Source of the DNA: Tagaea sp.
GTDB lineage: Bacteria > Pseudomonadota > Alphaproteobacteria > CACIAM-22H2
Length of the DNA: 64,000 nucleotides
Assembly: GCA_965279525.1 (NCBI GenBank)
Contig: CBDIIB010000003.1
Location: 544,001-608,000 of the forward strand
Direction of reading: 5' to 3'
Shown: piece after piece, positions 9,805 through 20,867 of the stretch
Numbering within the stretch: position 1 is the first letter of the stretch
How the letters are laid out: each line of letters starts with the position of its first letter
Made by a program: the position numbers and the translations under genes
The notes under the pieces: generated by a model
Database searches by the model: none
Told to the model about the DNA's origin: nothing
The model's input: only the letters and a program-made list of their open reading frames with translations

Positions 9805-10326
9805 ATGGCCGTCGACCACCTGATCGGACGCTATTCCACCGGCGAACTGATTTTCCGCGAGGGCGATCCGGGCACGTTCGCGTGTCTCGTGCGCACGGGC
9901 CTTGTCGAGCTCTACCAGCCGCGCGACGGCAAGAATTTTCCGATCGCGACGGTCAAGCCGGGCCAACTGTTCGGCGAACTGGCCCTGTTCGACGGGGGCC
10001 CTCGCATGGCGGCGGCACGCGCATTGACGGAAGTCGAAGTCCACCGCATCGACCGGGAGAAGTTCGTCGCCGAACTCGACGCGCTCGACGAGTCGACTCG
10101 TCTCGTCATGAACGAACTGCTGCAGTTCGTCCGCGAGACGGTCCCGTTCAATCCCAGCGACAGCGCGCCCATCACCGGTGCGACGGCCGACCGCATCGCC
10201 GAACTGCGGCATTTCCTGCGCGGCATCGAGTTCGGCCGTGCGCTGACGCAAGGAACCAACGACTTCAGCCGCACGCTCGGCGAGCTTCTCGTCTATTACG
10301 CCAGCCGGCGCATGCCGCCCCAATAA
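9805..10326 (+). CDS. Cyclic nucleotide-binding domain protein
   Basis: GELIFREGD and FGELALFDGGPRMAAARA phosphate-binding cassette; short helical C-terminus without an obvious Crp HTH. Confidence 0.85.
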   Translation: MAVDHLIGRYSTGELIFREGDPGTFACLVRTGLVELYQPRDGKNFPIATVKPGQLFGELALFDGGPRMAAARALTEVEVHRIDREKFVAELDALDESTRLVMNELLQFVRETVPFNPSDSAPITGATADRIAELRHFLRGIEFGRALTQGTNDFSRTLGELLVYYASRRMPPQ

Positions 10327-10371
10327 TCTTCATATATCACAACATGTTGGCCCGGCACCCGGCGGCCACCC

Positions 10372-10400
10372 TTGCAAATCCGGCCGTCGTGGCGTAACAC
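10372..10400 (+). promoter_or_regulatory. Putative sigma70 promoter of the rpsB-tsf operon
   Basis: TTGCAA-N17-TAACAC about 160 nt upstream of rpsB. Confidence 0.6.
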
Positions 10401-10406
10401 CCCGGC

Positions 10407-10560
10407 GCGCACGGGACATCCTGTTCCGATGTGACAAACCCTCACGCGGGACATTCGCGGTCGCCGGCGCCATATGCCAGCGGTCGTTCCGGTGCCCAAG
10501 CCCTTCGGGGCGACAGGTGCTCGTCCCGCGGCGGATCAACCGGAGAAAGGAAAATCGCCC
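10407..10560 (+). ncRNA. Structured rpsB 5' leader (t44/S2-leader-like cis element)
   Basis: Long leader with hairpins (GCCC-TTCG-GGGC; CGCGGGAC...GTCCCGCG pairing) and a CCGGTG motif; position matches known rpsB leaders; boundaries approximate. Confidence 0.5.
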
Positions 10561-11451
10561 ATGGCGATGCCCGTGTTTTCTATGCGCCAGCTCCTCGAAG
10601 CCGGCGTGCATTTCGGCCACCAGACCCGTCGCTGGAACCCGAAGATGGCGCCGTTCCTGTTCGGCGTTCGTAACGGCGTCCACATCATCGACCTGCAGCA
10701 GACCGTGCCGATGCTCGACCGCGCCCTCCAGGCCGCGCGCGACGTTTGTGCGGGCGGCGGACGCGTGCTGTTCGTCGGCACCAAGCGCCAGGCGCAGGAT
10801 CCGATCGCCGAAGCCGCCAAGCGCTGCGGCCAGTATTTCGTCAACCATCGCTGGCTGGGCGGCATGCTCACCAACTGGAAGACGATTTCCAATTCGATCA
10901 AGCGCCTGAAGGAAATCGACGAGCGCCTCGCGGGCGACATGCCCGGCGGCTCGGCCTCGGGCGGCCTGACGAAGAAGGAACTGCTCTACATGACCCGCGA
11001 GCGCGACAAGCTCGAGCGTTCGCTGGGCGGCATCAAGGAAATGGGCGGCCTGCCCGACCTGCTGTTCGTGATCGACACGAACAAGGAAGCCATCGCGGTC
11101 GAAGAAGCGCGCCGTCTCAACATCCCGGTCATCGCGGTGCTCGACTCCAACAGCGATCCCAAGGGCGTCACGTACCCGATCCCGGGCAACGACGATGCGC
11201 TGCGCGCCGTGTCGACCTACTGCGAGCTGATGGCCAACGCCGTGCTCGACGGGCTGCAGGCCGAAATGAAGGCCGCCGGCGTCGACGTGGGTGCTGCCGC
11301 CGTGCTGCCGACCGCCGAGGTCGCGGTCGCCGCGGTCGAAGCGCCGGCCGTCGACGCGAGCGTCGTTCCGGACAAGGACGCGGCAGCCGCCGCAGAAGCC
11401 AAGCCGGCCAAGAAGTCGGCGCCGCGCAAGAAAAAGGCCTCGGCCGAGTAG
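10561..11451 (+). CDS. rpsB: 30S ribosomal protein S2
   Basis: [36 protein letters not shown]. Confidence 0.98.
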   Translation: MAMPVFSMRQLLEAGVHFGHQTRRWNPKMAPFLFGVRNGVHIIDLQQTVPMLDRALQAARDVCAGGGRVLFVGTKRQAQDPIAEAAKRCGQYFVNHRWLGGMLTNWKTISNSIKRLKEIDERLAGDMPGGSASGGLTKKELLYMTRERDKLERSLGGIKEMGGLPDLLFVIDTNKEAIAVEEARRLNIPVIAVLDSNSDPKGVTYPIPGNDDALRAVSTYCELMANAVLDGLQAEMKAAGVDVGAAAVLPTAEVAVAAVEAPAVDASVVPDKDAAAAAEAKPAKKSAPRKKKASAE

Positions 11452-11505
11452 GGCCGGGGTCCTTTTTCCGACACGAAACGAACTCGAACTTCGGGGACTG
11501 AAAGT

Positions 11506-12429
11506 ATGGCCGAGATCACGGCGGCGCTCGTCAAGGAGCTGCGCGAGAAGAGCGGTGCTGGCATGATGGATTGCAAGCGCGCGCTTTCCGAAAACCAGGG
11601 CGACATCGAAGCGGCGGTCGACTGGCTGCGCAAGAAGGGCCTCGCGGCGGCCGCCAAGAAGGCCGGCCGCGTCGCGGCCGAAGGCCTGATCGGCATCGCC
11701 TCCGAAGGCACGTCGGGCGGCATGGTCGAGGTCAACTCCGAGACCGATTTCGTCGCGCGCAACGACGCCTTCCAGGACTATGTGCGCAACGTCACGAAGG
11801 TGGCACTTGCCGCCGGCGAGGATATCGAGAAGCTGAAGACGGCCGCCTATCCGGGCGGCGGCTCGGCTGCCGACGCGCTGACGGCGCTCATCGCCAAGAT
11901 CGGCGAGAACATGTCGCTGCGCCGCGCGGCCGTGCTGAAGGTGTCGGCCGGCACCGTCGCCACCTACGTGCACAGCGCCGCGGCCCCCGGCCTCGGCAAG
12001 ATCGGCGTGCTCGTGGCGCTCGAAAGCACGGGCGACAAGGACAAGCTGACGGCACTGGGCCGCCAGATCGCCATGCACATCGCCGCGACAAATCCCCAGG
12101 CACTGGACATCGCGTCGGTCGATCCGGCCATGCTCGCGCGCGAGAAGGCCGTGCTCACCGAGCAGGCCGCGGCTTCGGGCAAGGCGCCGCAGGTCATCGA
12201 GAAGATGGTCGAAGGCCGCGTGCGCAAGTACTACGAGGAGACCGTGCTGCTCGAGCAGGTCTACGTCGTGGACGGCGAGACGCGCATCAAGGACGTGGTT
12301 GCCAACGCGGCCAAGGAACTTGGCGTGCCGGTCAAGCTCGCCGCCTTCCGCCGCTACGCGCTGGGCGAAGGCATCGAGAAGAAGGAAACCGACTTCGCCG
12401 CCGAAGTCGCCGCCCAGCTCAAGGCCTGA
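11506..12429 (+). CDS. tsf: Elongation factor Ts
   Basis: [28 protein letters not shown]. Confidence 0.98.
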   Translation: MAEITAALVKELREKSGAGMMDCKRALSENQGDIEAAVDWLRKKGLAAAAKKAGRVAAEGLIGIASEGTSGGMVEVNSETDFVARNDAFQDYVRNVTKVALAAGEDIEKLKTAAYPGGGSAADALTALIAKIGENMSLRRAAVLKVSAGTVATYVHSAAAPGLGKIGVLVALESTGDKDKLTALGRQIAMHIAATNPQALDIASVDPAMLAREKAVLTEQAAASGKAPQVIEKMVEGRVRKYYEETVLLEQVYVVDGETRIKDVVANAAKELGVPVKLAAFRRYALGEGIEKKETDFAAEVAAQLKA

Positions 12430-12463
12430 TCCGGTACCGGCGACGACAGGGAGGCAAGAGGCG

Positions 12464-13204
12464 ATGGCCAAAGCGGACAAGTCGAAAGCCGGACGGACCC
12501 GCTACCGGCGTGTCCTGCTGAAGGTGTCGGGCGAGGTGCTCGCCGGCAACGAGGCCAGCGGCCTCGATCCGGCGACCATCGATCGCATCGCCGCCGACGT
12601 GAAGCAGGTCCGCGATCTGGGCGTGCAGGTGGCGCTCGTGATCGGCGGCGGCAACATCTTCCGCGGCCTGTCGGGTGCCAAGCGTGGCATCGAGCGGGCC
12701 AACGGCGACTACATGGGGATGCTGGCGACGGTCATCAACGCGCTCGCCCTCCAGAATGCGCTCGAGGGCCTTGGCGTGCCGACCCGGGTCCAGTCCGCCA
12801 TCCCGATGGCGAGCATCTGCGAGCCCTACATCCGCCGGCGCGCGATGCGCCATATGGAGAAGGGCCGGGTCGTGATTTTCGGCGCCGGCACGGGCAATCC
12901 CTTCTTCACGACCGATACGGCCGCGGCTCTGCGCGCGTCGGAAATGGGCTGCGACGCGCTGCTCAAGGGCACCAAGGTCGACGGCGTCTATTCGGCCGAT
13001 CCCAAGAAGGTCAAGACCGCCAAGCGCTATGACCGGCTGACATACCGCGAGGTCATGGACCGCGATCTCGGCGTGATGGACGCCGCGGCGATCGCCCTCG
13101 CCCGCGAGAATCACATTCCGATTCTCGTGTTTTCGATCCAAAATCCCGGTGGATTCGCCCAGGTGATGACCGGGAAGGGCCGCTACACGACAGTGGCCGA
13201 TTGA
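12464..13204 (+). CDS. pyrH: UMP kinase
   Basis: [32 protein letters not shown]. Confidence 0.97.
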   Translation: MAKADKSKAGRTRYRRVLLKVSGEVLAGNEASGLDPATIDRIAADVKQVRDLGVQVALVIGGGNIFRGLSGAKRGIERANGDYMGMLATVINALALQNALEGLGVPTRVQSAIPMASICEPYIRRRAMRHMEKGRVVIFGAGTGNPFFTTDTAAALRASEMGCDALLKGTKVDGVYSADPKKVKTAKRYDRLTYREVMDRDLGVMDAAAIALARENHIPILVFSIQNPGGFAQVMTGKGRYTTVAD

Positions 13205-13260
13205 AGCCCCGGCCAGCCCCGTTTCGTCCGTTCGCGTTCCCTCTTCGAGGATAAAGAACC

Positions 13261-13821
13261 ATGTCCGCCAGCGCCGAAACCGAAGATCTCCGCCGCCGCA
13301 TGAACGCCTCGCTCGACGTCCTCAAGAAGGAGTTCGCGGGCCTGCGCACCGGCCGCGCGTCGGCCAACATGCTCGACCCCGTGACGGTCGAAGCCTATGG
13401 CAGCCAGATGCCGCTCTCGCAGTGCGCGACCGTCAGCGCGCCTGAAGCGCGCATGCTGACCGTCCAGGTCTGGGACAAGGGCCTGGTCAAGTCGGTCGAG
13501 AAGGCGATCCGCGAGGCCAATCTCGGCCTCAACCCGATGGCCGACGGCCAGATGCTGCGCATCCCGATGCCGCCGATGACCGAAGAGCGGCGCAAGGAGC
13601 TGCAGAAGGTCGCCAAGAACTACGCCGAGGCCGCCCGCGTGTCGGTGCGCAACGTGCGCCGCGAGGGCATGGACGCGCTCAAGGAACTGCTCAAGAAGAG
13701 CAAGATCACCGAAGACGACAGCCGCAAGGGCCAGACCGACATCCAGAACCTGACCGACGAGTTCATCAAGAAGGTGGACGAGACGGTCGCCGCCAAGGAA
13801 AAGGACATTCTCGCGGTCTGA
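13261..13821 (+). CDS. frr: Ribosome recycling factor
   Basis: [24 protein letters not shown]. Confidence 0.97.
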   Translation: MSASAETEDLRRRMNASLDVLKKEFAGLRTGRASANMLDPVTVEAYGSQMPLSQCATVSAPEARMLTVQVWDKGLVKSVEKAIREANLGLNPMADGQMLRIPMPPMTEERRKELQKVAKNYAEAARVSVRNVRREGMDALKELLKKSKITEDDSRKGQTDIQNLTDEFIKKVDETVAAKEKDILAV

Positions 13822-13865
13822 TCGAAGACCATCCCGCGAGAGATCCAACGGCCAGGGAACCCGCC

Positions 13866-14579
13866 ATGTCGCAGGGCAACATCCCCCAACATGTCGCCAT
13901 CATCATGGACGGCAACGGCCGCTGGGCGAAGGCGCGCGGGCTGCCGCGCGTGGCCGGGCACCGGCGCGGCGCCGACGCCGTGCGCAACGCCGTCGAGGCG
14001 GCGGGCGAACTGGGCGTGCGCTACCTGACGCTGTTCGGCTTCTCGTCCGAGAACTGGAAGCGGCCGGTCGACGAGATTTCCGACCTGATGGGCCTGCTGC
14101 GCCACTATCTGCGCAGCGAGATCGCCGAGCTCCATGCCAAGGGCGTGCGCGTGCGCGTGATCGGCGACCGCAAGCGCCTGCCGGCCGATGTCGTGGCGCT
14201 GGTCGAGAGTGCCGAGGAAACGACGCGCGCCAACACGCGCCTCGACCTGATCGTGGCGCTTTCCTACGGGGCGCGCGACGAGATCGTCGCCGCCGCGCGC
14301 GCACTCGCCGCGGCCGCGAAGCGCGGCGAGATCGCCCCCGAAGCCATCGACGAGACGATGTTCGAGGGCCGGCTTTTCACGGCCGGCATTCCCGACCCGG
14401 ATCTGCTCGTGCGCACGAGCGGCGAGAAGCGGATATCCAACTTCCTGCTCTGGCAGAGTGCGTATACCGAATTCGTGTTCCTCGACGTGCTCTGGCCGGA
14501 TTTCGGCCGCCGCGAGTTCGAGGCGGCGATCGCCGAATTCGGGCAGCGCGACCGGCGCTACGGCGCGGTGGTCGGGTGA
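13866..14579 (+). CDS. uppS: Undecaprenyl diphosphate synthase
   Basis: [37 protein letters not shown]. Confidence 0.97.
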   Translation: MSQGNIPQHVAIIMDGNGRWAKARGLPRVAGHRRGADAVRNAVEAAGELGVRYLTLFGFSSENWKRPVDEISDLMGLLRHYLRSEIAELHAKGVRVRVIGDRKRLPADVVALVESAEETTRANTRLDLIVALSYGARDEIVAAARALAAAAKRGEIAPEAIDETMFEGRLFTAGIPDPDLLVRTSGEKRISNFLLWQSAYTEFVFLDVLWPDFGRREFEAAIAEFGQRDRRYGAVVG

Positions 14580-15424
14580 ATTCCGCCGACCCGGCGCCGC
14601 CCGCTCCGGCCGGCCGCCTCTCGGGTCTGCGCAAGCGCGTTCTTTCGGCGCTCGTCCTTCTCGCGATCGCACTTGCCGGGCTTTTCTCCGGCCCGGCCGC
14701 GTTCGAGCTGCTGGTCGCAGTCGCAGGTGCCATCCTCGCGTGGGAATGGACGCGGCTGGTCGGCGCCGGGCGTTTCGGCCTCAGCGGTCTTGCGGTGGGT
14801 GGCGTCGTGCTGGCGAGCGGTGCCGTCGCCGCTGCCGGCCGGCCGGGCGAAGCACTTGCGATCGCCGCCGCCGGTGCGGTCGGCGTCTACCTCTTCGCGC
14901 GGGCGCGCGGGCGCATGCAGTGCGGATGGATCTCGGCGGGACCGATCTATATCGGCATTCCCGTCGTCTGCCTGATCTGGCTGCGCGGCGAGGACAATGC
15001 CGGGCTCGACGCGATCCTGTGGCTTCTTGCCAGCGTGTGGGCGACCGATACCGGGGCCTACTTCGCCGGCCGCGCGATCGGCGGGCCCAAGCTTGCGCCG
15101 CGCTTCTCGCCGAACAAGACATGGGCCGGCCTGTTCGGCGCGATGATCGCCGCGGCGATCGTCGGCTGGATCGGCAGCCGGCTTGTGCCGTTGGGACCGG
15201 CCGCCGGCCCACTCGCGGTTGCGGGTGCGGTGCTGGCCATCGTGGCACAGGGCGGCGACCTGCTCGAATCCGCCGTCAAACGCCGCTTCGGCGCCAAGGA
15301 TTCGAGCGCGCTCATCCCCGGTCACGGCGGCCTGTTCGACCGCGTGGACGGGCTGCTGACGGCCGCCGTCGCCTTCGCGCTGTTCCAGTGGGCGACCGAC
15401 GCGCGCGTGCTGACGTGGCCATGA
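14576..15424 (+). CDS. cdsA: Phosphatidate cytidylyltransferase
   Basis: [35 protein letters not shown]. Confidence 0.95.
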   Translation: MNSADPAPPAPAGRLSGLRKRVLSALVLLAIALAGLFSGPAAFELLVAVAGAILAWEWTRLVGAGRFGLSGLAVGGVVLASGAVAAAGRPGEALAIAAAGAVGVYLFARARGRMQCGWISAGPIYIGIPVVCLIWLRGEDNAGLDAILWLLASVWATDTGAYFAGRAIGGPKLAPRFSPNKTWAGLFGAMIAAAIVGWIGSRLVPLGPAAGPLAVAGAVLAIVAQGGDLLESAVKRRFGAKDSSALIPGHGGLFDRVDGLLTAAVAFALFQWATDARVLTWP

Positions 15425-16590
15425 AGCGGGTGACGATCCTCGGTTCGACCGGATCGGTCGGCCGCAACACCGTGGAACTCGTCGCTGCCGATCGCGACCG
15501 CTTTGCGGTAGAGGCGTTGGTCGCCAACCGCAATGTGGCCCTTCTTGCCGAACAGGCGCGCGCACTGGGTGCCCGGCGCGCGGTCGTGGCCGACGAAAGC
15601 GCTCTGGGCGACCTGCGCGCCGCACTTGCCGGCAGCGGCATCGAGGCGGCGGGCGGTGCCGCGGCCGTGGTCGAGGCGGCCGACATGCCCGCCGATATCG
15701 TCATGGCCGCGATCGTCGGGGCGGCGGGGCTTGCACCCACGCTTGCCGCAATCCGCCGGGGAGCGACGATCGGCTTGGCCAACAAGGAGACCCTGGTCTG
15801 TGCCGGCGCGCTCGTGACTGCTGAAGTCGTCCGCCACGGTGCCACGCTCATCCCCGTCGACAGCGAGCACAGCGCGATCTTCCAGGTGTTCGATGCGGCG
15901 CGGATCGATCGGATCGAGCGGGTGATCCTGACGGCGTCGGGTGGTCCTTTCCGGACCTGGTCGCGCGCGCGCATGGCCGACGTCACGCCGGCCCAGGCGG
16001 TGGCACATCCGAACTGGTCGATGGGTGCCAAGATCTCGGTCGATTCGGCGACGATGATGAACAAGGGCCTCGAGGTCATCGAAGCCTTCCACCTCTTCCC
16101 GGTCGGCGCCGAACGCATCGAGATCGTGGTGCACCCGCAATCGGTGATCCATTCCATGGTCGCCTATGTCGACGGCTCGGTGCTCGCCCAGCTCGGGACG
16201 CCGGACATGCGCATGCCGATTTCGCTGGCCTTGGCCTGGCCCGACCGGATGGCGACTCCGGGTGCCCGGCTCGATTTCGCGCAAATGGCGAACCTGACCT
16301 TCGAAGCACCTGATCCGGAAAGGTTTCCAGCGATTTCTTTGGCCCGGCACGCCTTGCAACTGGGTGGCGCCAACCCTACTATCCTTAACGCCGCGAACGA
16401 GATCGCGGTGGCGGCCTTTCTTGCCGGACGGATCGGGTTTCTCGACATCGTCGCCATGGTCGAGGCGACGCTCGAGGCCTACCGGCCGCCGGCACCCTCC
16501 AGCATCGCCGATGTCGTGACGATCGATGCCGAAGCCCGCCTGCAGGCCGAACGGCTGATCGCGGCGGGGCCGGACCGTCGTCGCAACTGA
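15421..16590 (+). CDS. dxr: 1-deoxy-D-xylulose-5-phosphate reductoisomerase
   Basis: [43 protein letters not shown]. Confidence 0.97.
   Translation: MKRVTILGSTGSVGRNTVELVAADRDRFAVEALVANRNVALLAEQARALGARRAVVADESALGDLRAALAGSGIEAAGGAAAVVEAADMPADIVMAAIVGAAGLAPTLAAIRRGATIGLANKETLVCAGALVTAEVVRHGATLIPVDSEHSAIFQVFDAARIDRIERVILTASGGPFRTWSRARMADVTPAQAVAHPNWSMGAKISVDSATMMNKGLEVIEAFHLFPVGAERIEIVVHPQSVIHSMVAYVDGSVLAQLGTPDMRMPISLALAWPDRMATPGARLDFAQMANLTFEAPDPERFPAISLARHALQLGGANPTILNAANEIAVAAFLAGRIGFLDIVAMVEATLEAYRPPAPSSIADVVTIDAEARLQAERLIAAGPDRRRN
16354..16382 (+). promoter_or_regulatory. Putative internal sigma70 promoter inside dxr for rseP-bamA-lpx genes
   Basis: TTGCAA-N17-TACTAT in a patch of atypical AT-ending codons. 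Confidence 0.45.
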
Positions 16591-16625
16591 ACCAGCCCTG
16601 AAGTCAGCCGAAAGCCGAAGCTCCG

Positions 16626-17747
16626 ATGTCGATCGCCGAATACCTGATCCCGTTCCTGGTCGTGCTCAGCGTGCTCGTGTTCGTGCACGAGCTCGGCCAT
16701 TTCTGGGTGGCGCGGCGCTGCGGGGTGAAGGTCGAGGTGTTCTCGATCGGGTTCGGGCGCGAGATCTTCGGCTGGAACGACCGCCACGGCACGCGCTGGA
16801 AGGTCTCGTGGCTGCCGCTGGGCGGCTACGTGAAGATGTTCGGCGATTCCGACGTCGCGTCGTCGCCGTCGGCCGAGGTTGCCGGAATGTCGCCGGAAGA
16901 CCGGTCGCGCTCGTTCTTCCACAAGACATTGGGGCAGCGTTCGGCCATCGTGATCGCGGGGCCGGCCGCCAATTTCCTGCTCGCGATCGTGCTGCTCGCC
17001 GGCATGTTCGCGTTCGTGGGCCAGCCTTTCACCCCGCCGGAAGTCGGCGGCGTGCTGCCCGGATCGGCTGCCGAGCGTGCCGGCATCCTGGCCGGCGATC
17101 GCATCGCCGCCATCGACGGATCGCGCATCGAACGGTTCGAGGACATCCAGCGCATCGTCCAGCTCAATCTCGACCGGCGCCTTTCGATGACGGTCGAGCG
17201 GGGCGGGGCGAGCGTCGATCTCGACGTGACGCCGGTCGTGATCGAGGAAACCGACCGGTCCGGCAACGTGATGCGCGTCGCGCGGCTCGGGATCCGCGGT
17301 CAGGGAATGGCATTCAAGAAGCACAATCCGGCCGAAGCGGTCTGGCGTGCGACACAGGAAACCTGGAACCAGACCGCCGGGACGCTGAAGGCGCTCGGCC
17401 AGATGATCGGCGGAAGCCGCGGGACCGAGGAGCTTGGCGGACCGATCCGGATCGCCAAAATGTCTGGCGAGGTGGCGCAAGGCGGCATCGGCAGCCTGCT
17501 GCTTTTCATGGCGGTGCTTTCGATCAATCTCGGCCTTATCAATATTTTCCCAATTCCGATGCTCGACGGCGGCCATCTCGTGCTTTATGCCGCCGAGGCG
17601 ATTCGCGGTCGCCCGCTACCGCCCCGCGCTGTCGAATACGGTTTCCGTATCGGATTTGCTTTGGTAATAAGCCTGATGGTGTTTGCGACCTGGAACGACC
17701 TCGTCCACACGGGCGTGGTGCGGTTTCTGGTCGGACTCGTCTCGTGA
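16626..17747 (+). CDS. rseP: RIP metalloprotease RseP
   Basis: HELGH, LGGYVKM, PDZ domain, PIPMLDGG. Confidence 0.95.
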   Translation: MSIAEYLIPFLVVLSVLVFVHELGHFWVARRCGVKVEVFSIGFGREIFGWNDRHGTRWKVSWLPLGGYVKMFGDSDVASSPSAEVAGMSPEDRSRSFFHKTLGQRSAIVIAGPAANFLLAIVLLAGMFAFVGQPFTPPEVGGVLPGSAAERAGILAGDRIAAIDGSRIERFEDIQRIVQLNLDRRLSMTVERGGASVDLDVTPVVIEETDRSGNVMRVARLGIRGQGMAFKKHNPAEAVWRATQETWNQTAGTLKALGQMIGGSRGTEELGGPIRIAKMSGEVAQGGIGSLLLFMAVLSINLGLINIFPIPMLDGGHLVLYAAEAIRGRPLPPRAVEYGFRIGFALVISLMVFATWNDLVHTGVVRFLVGLVS

Positions 17748-17828
17748 ACGGCGCATCTCGTGATTTACGCGTGGGCTTCGGCTAAGCTACTCGTGAATCG
17801 GGCTTTTGGGATCGGAACTCGGAACAGC

Positions 17829-20183
17829 ATGAACGTGATCGCGACGACCGTTTTCAGGGCGCGGAAGTGTGTTTGCGCGATCGCCGTCTTGCTGGGACTC
17901 GGCCTGTTTCCGGTCCTGCCGACCGGTCCGGCCCTGGCGCAGTTCGCGACGCCGCGCGGCGTTGTCGGCGGCCCGGTCGGTGAAATCCGGATCGACGGCA
18001 CGCAACGCATCGCACCGGAAACCGTGCGGGCCTACCTCACCGTTCAGCCAGGCGAGGCGGCAGACGCCGAGCAGCTCGACCGTTCGCTGAAGGCGCTTTT
18101 CGGCACCGGCCTGTTCGCCGACGTCGCCATCCGGCAGGAGGGTCCGACCCTCGTCGTGCGGGTCGTCGAGAACCCGATCGTCAACCGCATCGCCTTCGAA
18201 GGCAACAAGCGGATGAAGGACGAGACGCTCACGCCGGAGATCACCTTGCGTCCGCGGACCGTGTTCACGCGCGCGAAGGTCCAGACGGACGTGAAGCGCC
18301 TGCAGGACATCTACCGCCGATCGGGGCGTTTTGCCGCGACGATCGAACCGAAGGTCATCCAGCTTCCCCAAAATCGCGTCGATCTCGTGTTCGAGATCGA
18401 AGAAGGCCAGGTCACCGGCGTCCAGCGCATCAATTTCGTCGGCAACCGCACCTTCGCCGACGGCACGCTGCGTGAGCAGATCCAGACGCGCGAATCCCGC
18501 TGGTACCGGTTCCTGTCGACAGACGACGTCTACGACCCGGACCGTCTCTCCTACGACCGCGAGCTGCTGCGCAAGTACTACCTGTCCTACGGCTACGCCG
18601 ATTTCCGCGTCGTCTCCGCGATCGCCGAGCTCAGCCCGGATCGCGAAGGCTTCTACGTGACCTTCACGATCGAGGAGGGCGAGCGCTACCGCTTCGGCGG
18701 CATCGACGTGTCGTCCCAGCTTCGCGATCTCAAGGTCGAGGACCTGAAGTCGCGCGTGCGCACCAAGGAAGGCTCCTGGTACGACGCCGACCTCGTCGAC
18801 GGGACGGTGACCGCCCTGACGGAGTTCGCGGGCTCGGCAGGCTACGCGTTCGTCGAAGTGCGTCCGCGCGTGCAGCGCGACCGCGAGGCGCGCACGGTCT
18901 CGATCGTCTACGAGATCCAGGAAGGCCCGCGCGTCTATGTCGAGCGCATCAACATCGTCGGGAACGTCCGCACGGTCGACAAGGTGATCCGCCGCGAAGT
19001 GGCGCTCGTCGAGGGCGACGCGTTCAACACCTCGAAGATGCGCACCAGCCGCCGGCGGATCCAGAACCTCCAGTTCTTCGATCGTGTCGAGGTGACGAAC
19101 GTGCCGGGCGAAAGCCCCGACCGCACGGTCGTCAATGTCGAGGTCAACGAGAAATCGACGGGCGAGCTTTCGTTCGGCATCGGTTTCTCGACGGCTGACG
19201 GCCCGTTGCTCGACGCGTCGATCCGCGAACGCAACCTTCTCGGCCGCGGCCAGGACATCCGCATCGGCGGCACGCTTTCAGGGCGCCGCAACCAGATCGA
19301 TCTCAGCTTCACGAGTCCGTATTTCCTCGACCGCAACATGTCGGCCGGGTTCGACGTCTTCCACATCAAGCGGGATTTCCAGCGCGAAGCCGGCTACGAT
19401 TTCCAGTCGACCGGCTTCGTCGTGCGCAACGGCTACGCGCTGTCGGAATACCTCAAGCAGCAGGTCCGCTATACGCTGCGCAGCGACGACATCACGTCGG
19501 TCAATCCTCTCGCCAGTTCGATCATCCTCGACGCCCAGGGCGCCGTCCTGCAGTCCGGCTTCGGGCACACGACGACGTTCGATCGGCGCGACGACTCGTA
19601 CGATCCCACCGACGGTTATGCGATCAAGCTCAGCAACGACGTCGCCGGCGTCGGGGGCGACGCGAAGTTCCTGAAATCGTCGCTCGCGGGCCAGTACTAT
19701 TATCCGATCGCGCCGGAATACGTGTTCGCGCTCGTCGGCGAAGTCTCGAACATCTTCGGCTATTCGGGCGATGTCGTGCGTCTGCAGAACCGTTTCCAGC
19801 TCGGCGGCGACAATTTCCGCGGCTTCCGGACGCAAGGTCTCGGTCCGCGCGACCAGGCCACCGGCAATCCGCTGGGCGGCAACATGCTTTATTCGGGCTC
19901 GGCGGAGCTCCAGTTCCCGACCGGCATGCCGCGGGAATTCGGCTTGCGCGGCACGTTGTTCAGCGATTTCGGCTCGCTGTCGAAATTCGACCGCCCGCCC
20001 GCCGGGCGACCGGGCGCCACGGCGACGGTGGACGATTCGAGCCAGGCGCGCGTGTCGATCGGTACGGGGCTCAACTGGCGCTCGCCGTTCGGCCCCGTCC
20101 GGATTTCTCTCGCCAAGGCGATCATCAAAGAGGAATTCGACCGGACCGAGCTGTTCCGTTTCTCTTTCGGTTCGCGATTCTAG
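17829..20183 (+). CDS. bamA: Outer membrane protein assembly factor BamA
   Basis: POTRA repeats, beta-barrel with FRGF loop, WRSPFGP, C-terminal F; start uncertain. Confidence 0.95.
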   Translation: MNVIATTVFRARKCVCAIAVLLGLGLFPVLPTGPALAQFATPRGVVGGPVGEIRIDGTQRIAPETVRAYLTVQPGEAADAEQLDRSLKALFGTGLFADVAIRQEGPTLVVRVVENPIVNRIAFEGNKRMKDETLTPEITLRPRTVFTRAKVQTDVKRLQDIYRRSGRFAATIEPKVIQLPQNRVDLVFEIEEGQVTGVQRINFVGNRTFADGTLREQIQTRESRWYRFLSTDDVYDPDRLSYDRELLRKYYLSYGYADFRVVSAIAELSPDREGFYVTFTIEEGERYRFGGIDVSSQLRDLKVEDLKSRVRTKEGSWYDADLVDGTVTALTEFAGSAGYAFVEVRPRVQRDREARTVSIVYEIQEGPRVYVERINIVGNVRTVDKVIRREVALVEGDAFNTSKMRTSRRRIQNLQFFDRVEVTNVPGESPDRTVVNVEVNEKSTGELSFGIGFSTADGPLLDASIRERNLLGRGQDIRIGGTLSGRRNQIDLSFTSPYFLDRNMSAGFDVFHIKRDFQREAGYDFQSTGFVVRNGYALSEYLKQQVRYTLRSDDITSVNPLASSIILDAQGAVLQSGFGHTTTFDRRDDSYDPTDGYAIKLSNDVAGVGGDAKFLKSSLAGQYYYPIAPEYVFALVGEVSNIFGYSGDVVRLQNRFQLGGDNFRGFRTQGLGPRDQATGNPLGGNMLYSGSAELQFPTGMPREFGLRGTLFSDFGSLSKFDRPPAGRPGATATVDDSSQARVSIGTGLNWRSPFGPVRISLAKAIIKEEFDRTELFRFSFGSRF

Positions 20184-20194
20184 GTCCTGAAGGA

Positions 20195-20857
20195 ATGCAG
20201 AAAATGATCATCCGACCGGTTCGTGCGGCCTTCGCGCGATTCCTCGCCGTTGCAGGCATCGGCTTCGTCGTGTTCGCGATTTCGGCGGCGCAGGCGCAGC
20301 AGCCGACGACGCCCCGGCCAGCACCCGCCCAGCCGCGCGCGCAGCCGGCCGCCCCGGCCGCCGCACCGGCATTGTCGACGGAGCTTCCGCCCAAGGGGAC
20401 GCCCGTCGTCTTTTTCGACGTCGATGCCGTGATGCGCACTTCGACTGCCATGCAGAACATCAATACCCAGGCCGAGCGCCAGCGCAGCGCGCTGCAGGCG
20501 GACGCGACGCGCCAGGAAGGCGATCTGCGCAAGGCGGAGGAAGACCTGTCCAACCAGCGCAACGTGCTGTCGGCGGACGCGTTCACCCAGCGGCGCCGCG
20601 ATTTCGAGAACCGGGTGGGGACGGTCCAGCAGCAGCTGCAGACGCGCCGCCGGAATCTCGAGCAGAATTACAGCGATACCGCCGCCCGCGTGCAGCAGGC
20701 CCTCACCGAGAGCGTGATCGAAGTGATGAACGAGCAGGAGTACCAGATGGTGATTCCCAACACGTTCATTTTCGTCGCTCGTTCGGCACTCGACATTTCA
20801 GGCGAGGTTTCCCGCCGCCTGAACCGTCGGTTGCCGACGGCATCGATGCCGAACTGA
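20195..20857 (+). CDS. skp: OmpH/Skp periplasmic chaperone
   Basis: Signal peptide, coiled-coil body, DISGEVSRRLN end; located between bamA and lpxD. Confidence 0.8.
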   Translation: MQKMIIRPVRAAFARFLAVAGIGFVVFAISAAQAQQPTTPRPAPAQPRAQPAAPAAAPALSTELPPKGTPVVFFDVDAVMRTSTAMQNINTQAERQRSALQADATRQEGDLRKAEEDLSNQRNVLSADAFTQRRRDFENRVGTVQQQLQTRRRNLEQNYSDTAARVQQALTESVIEVMNEQEYQMVIPNTFIFVARSALDISGEVSRRLNRRLPTASMPN

Positions 20858-20867
20858 CCGTCGGGCG

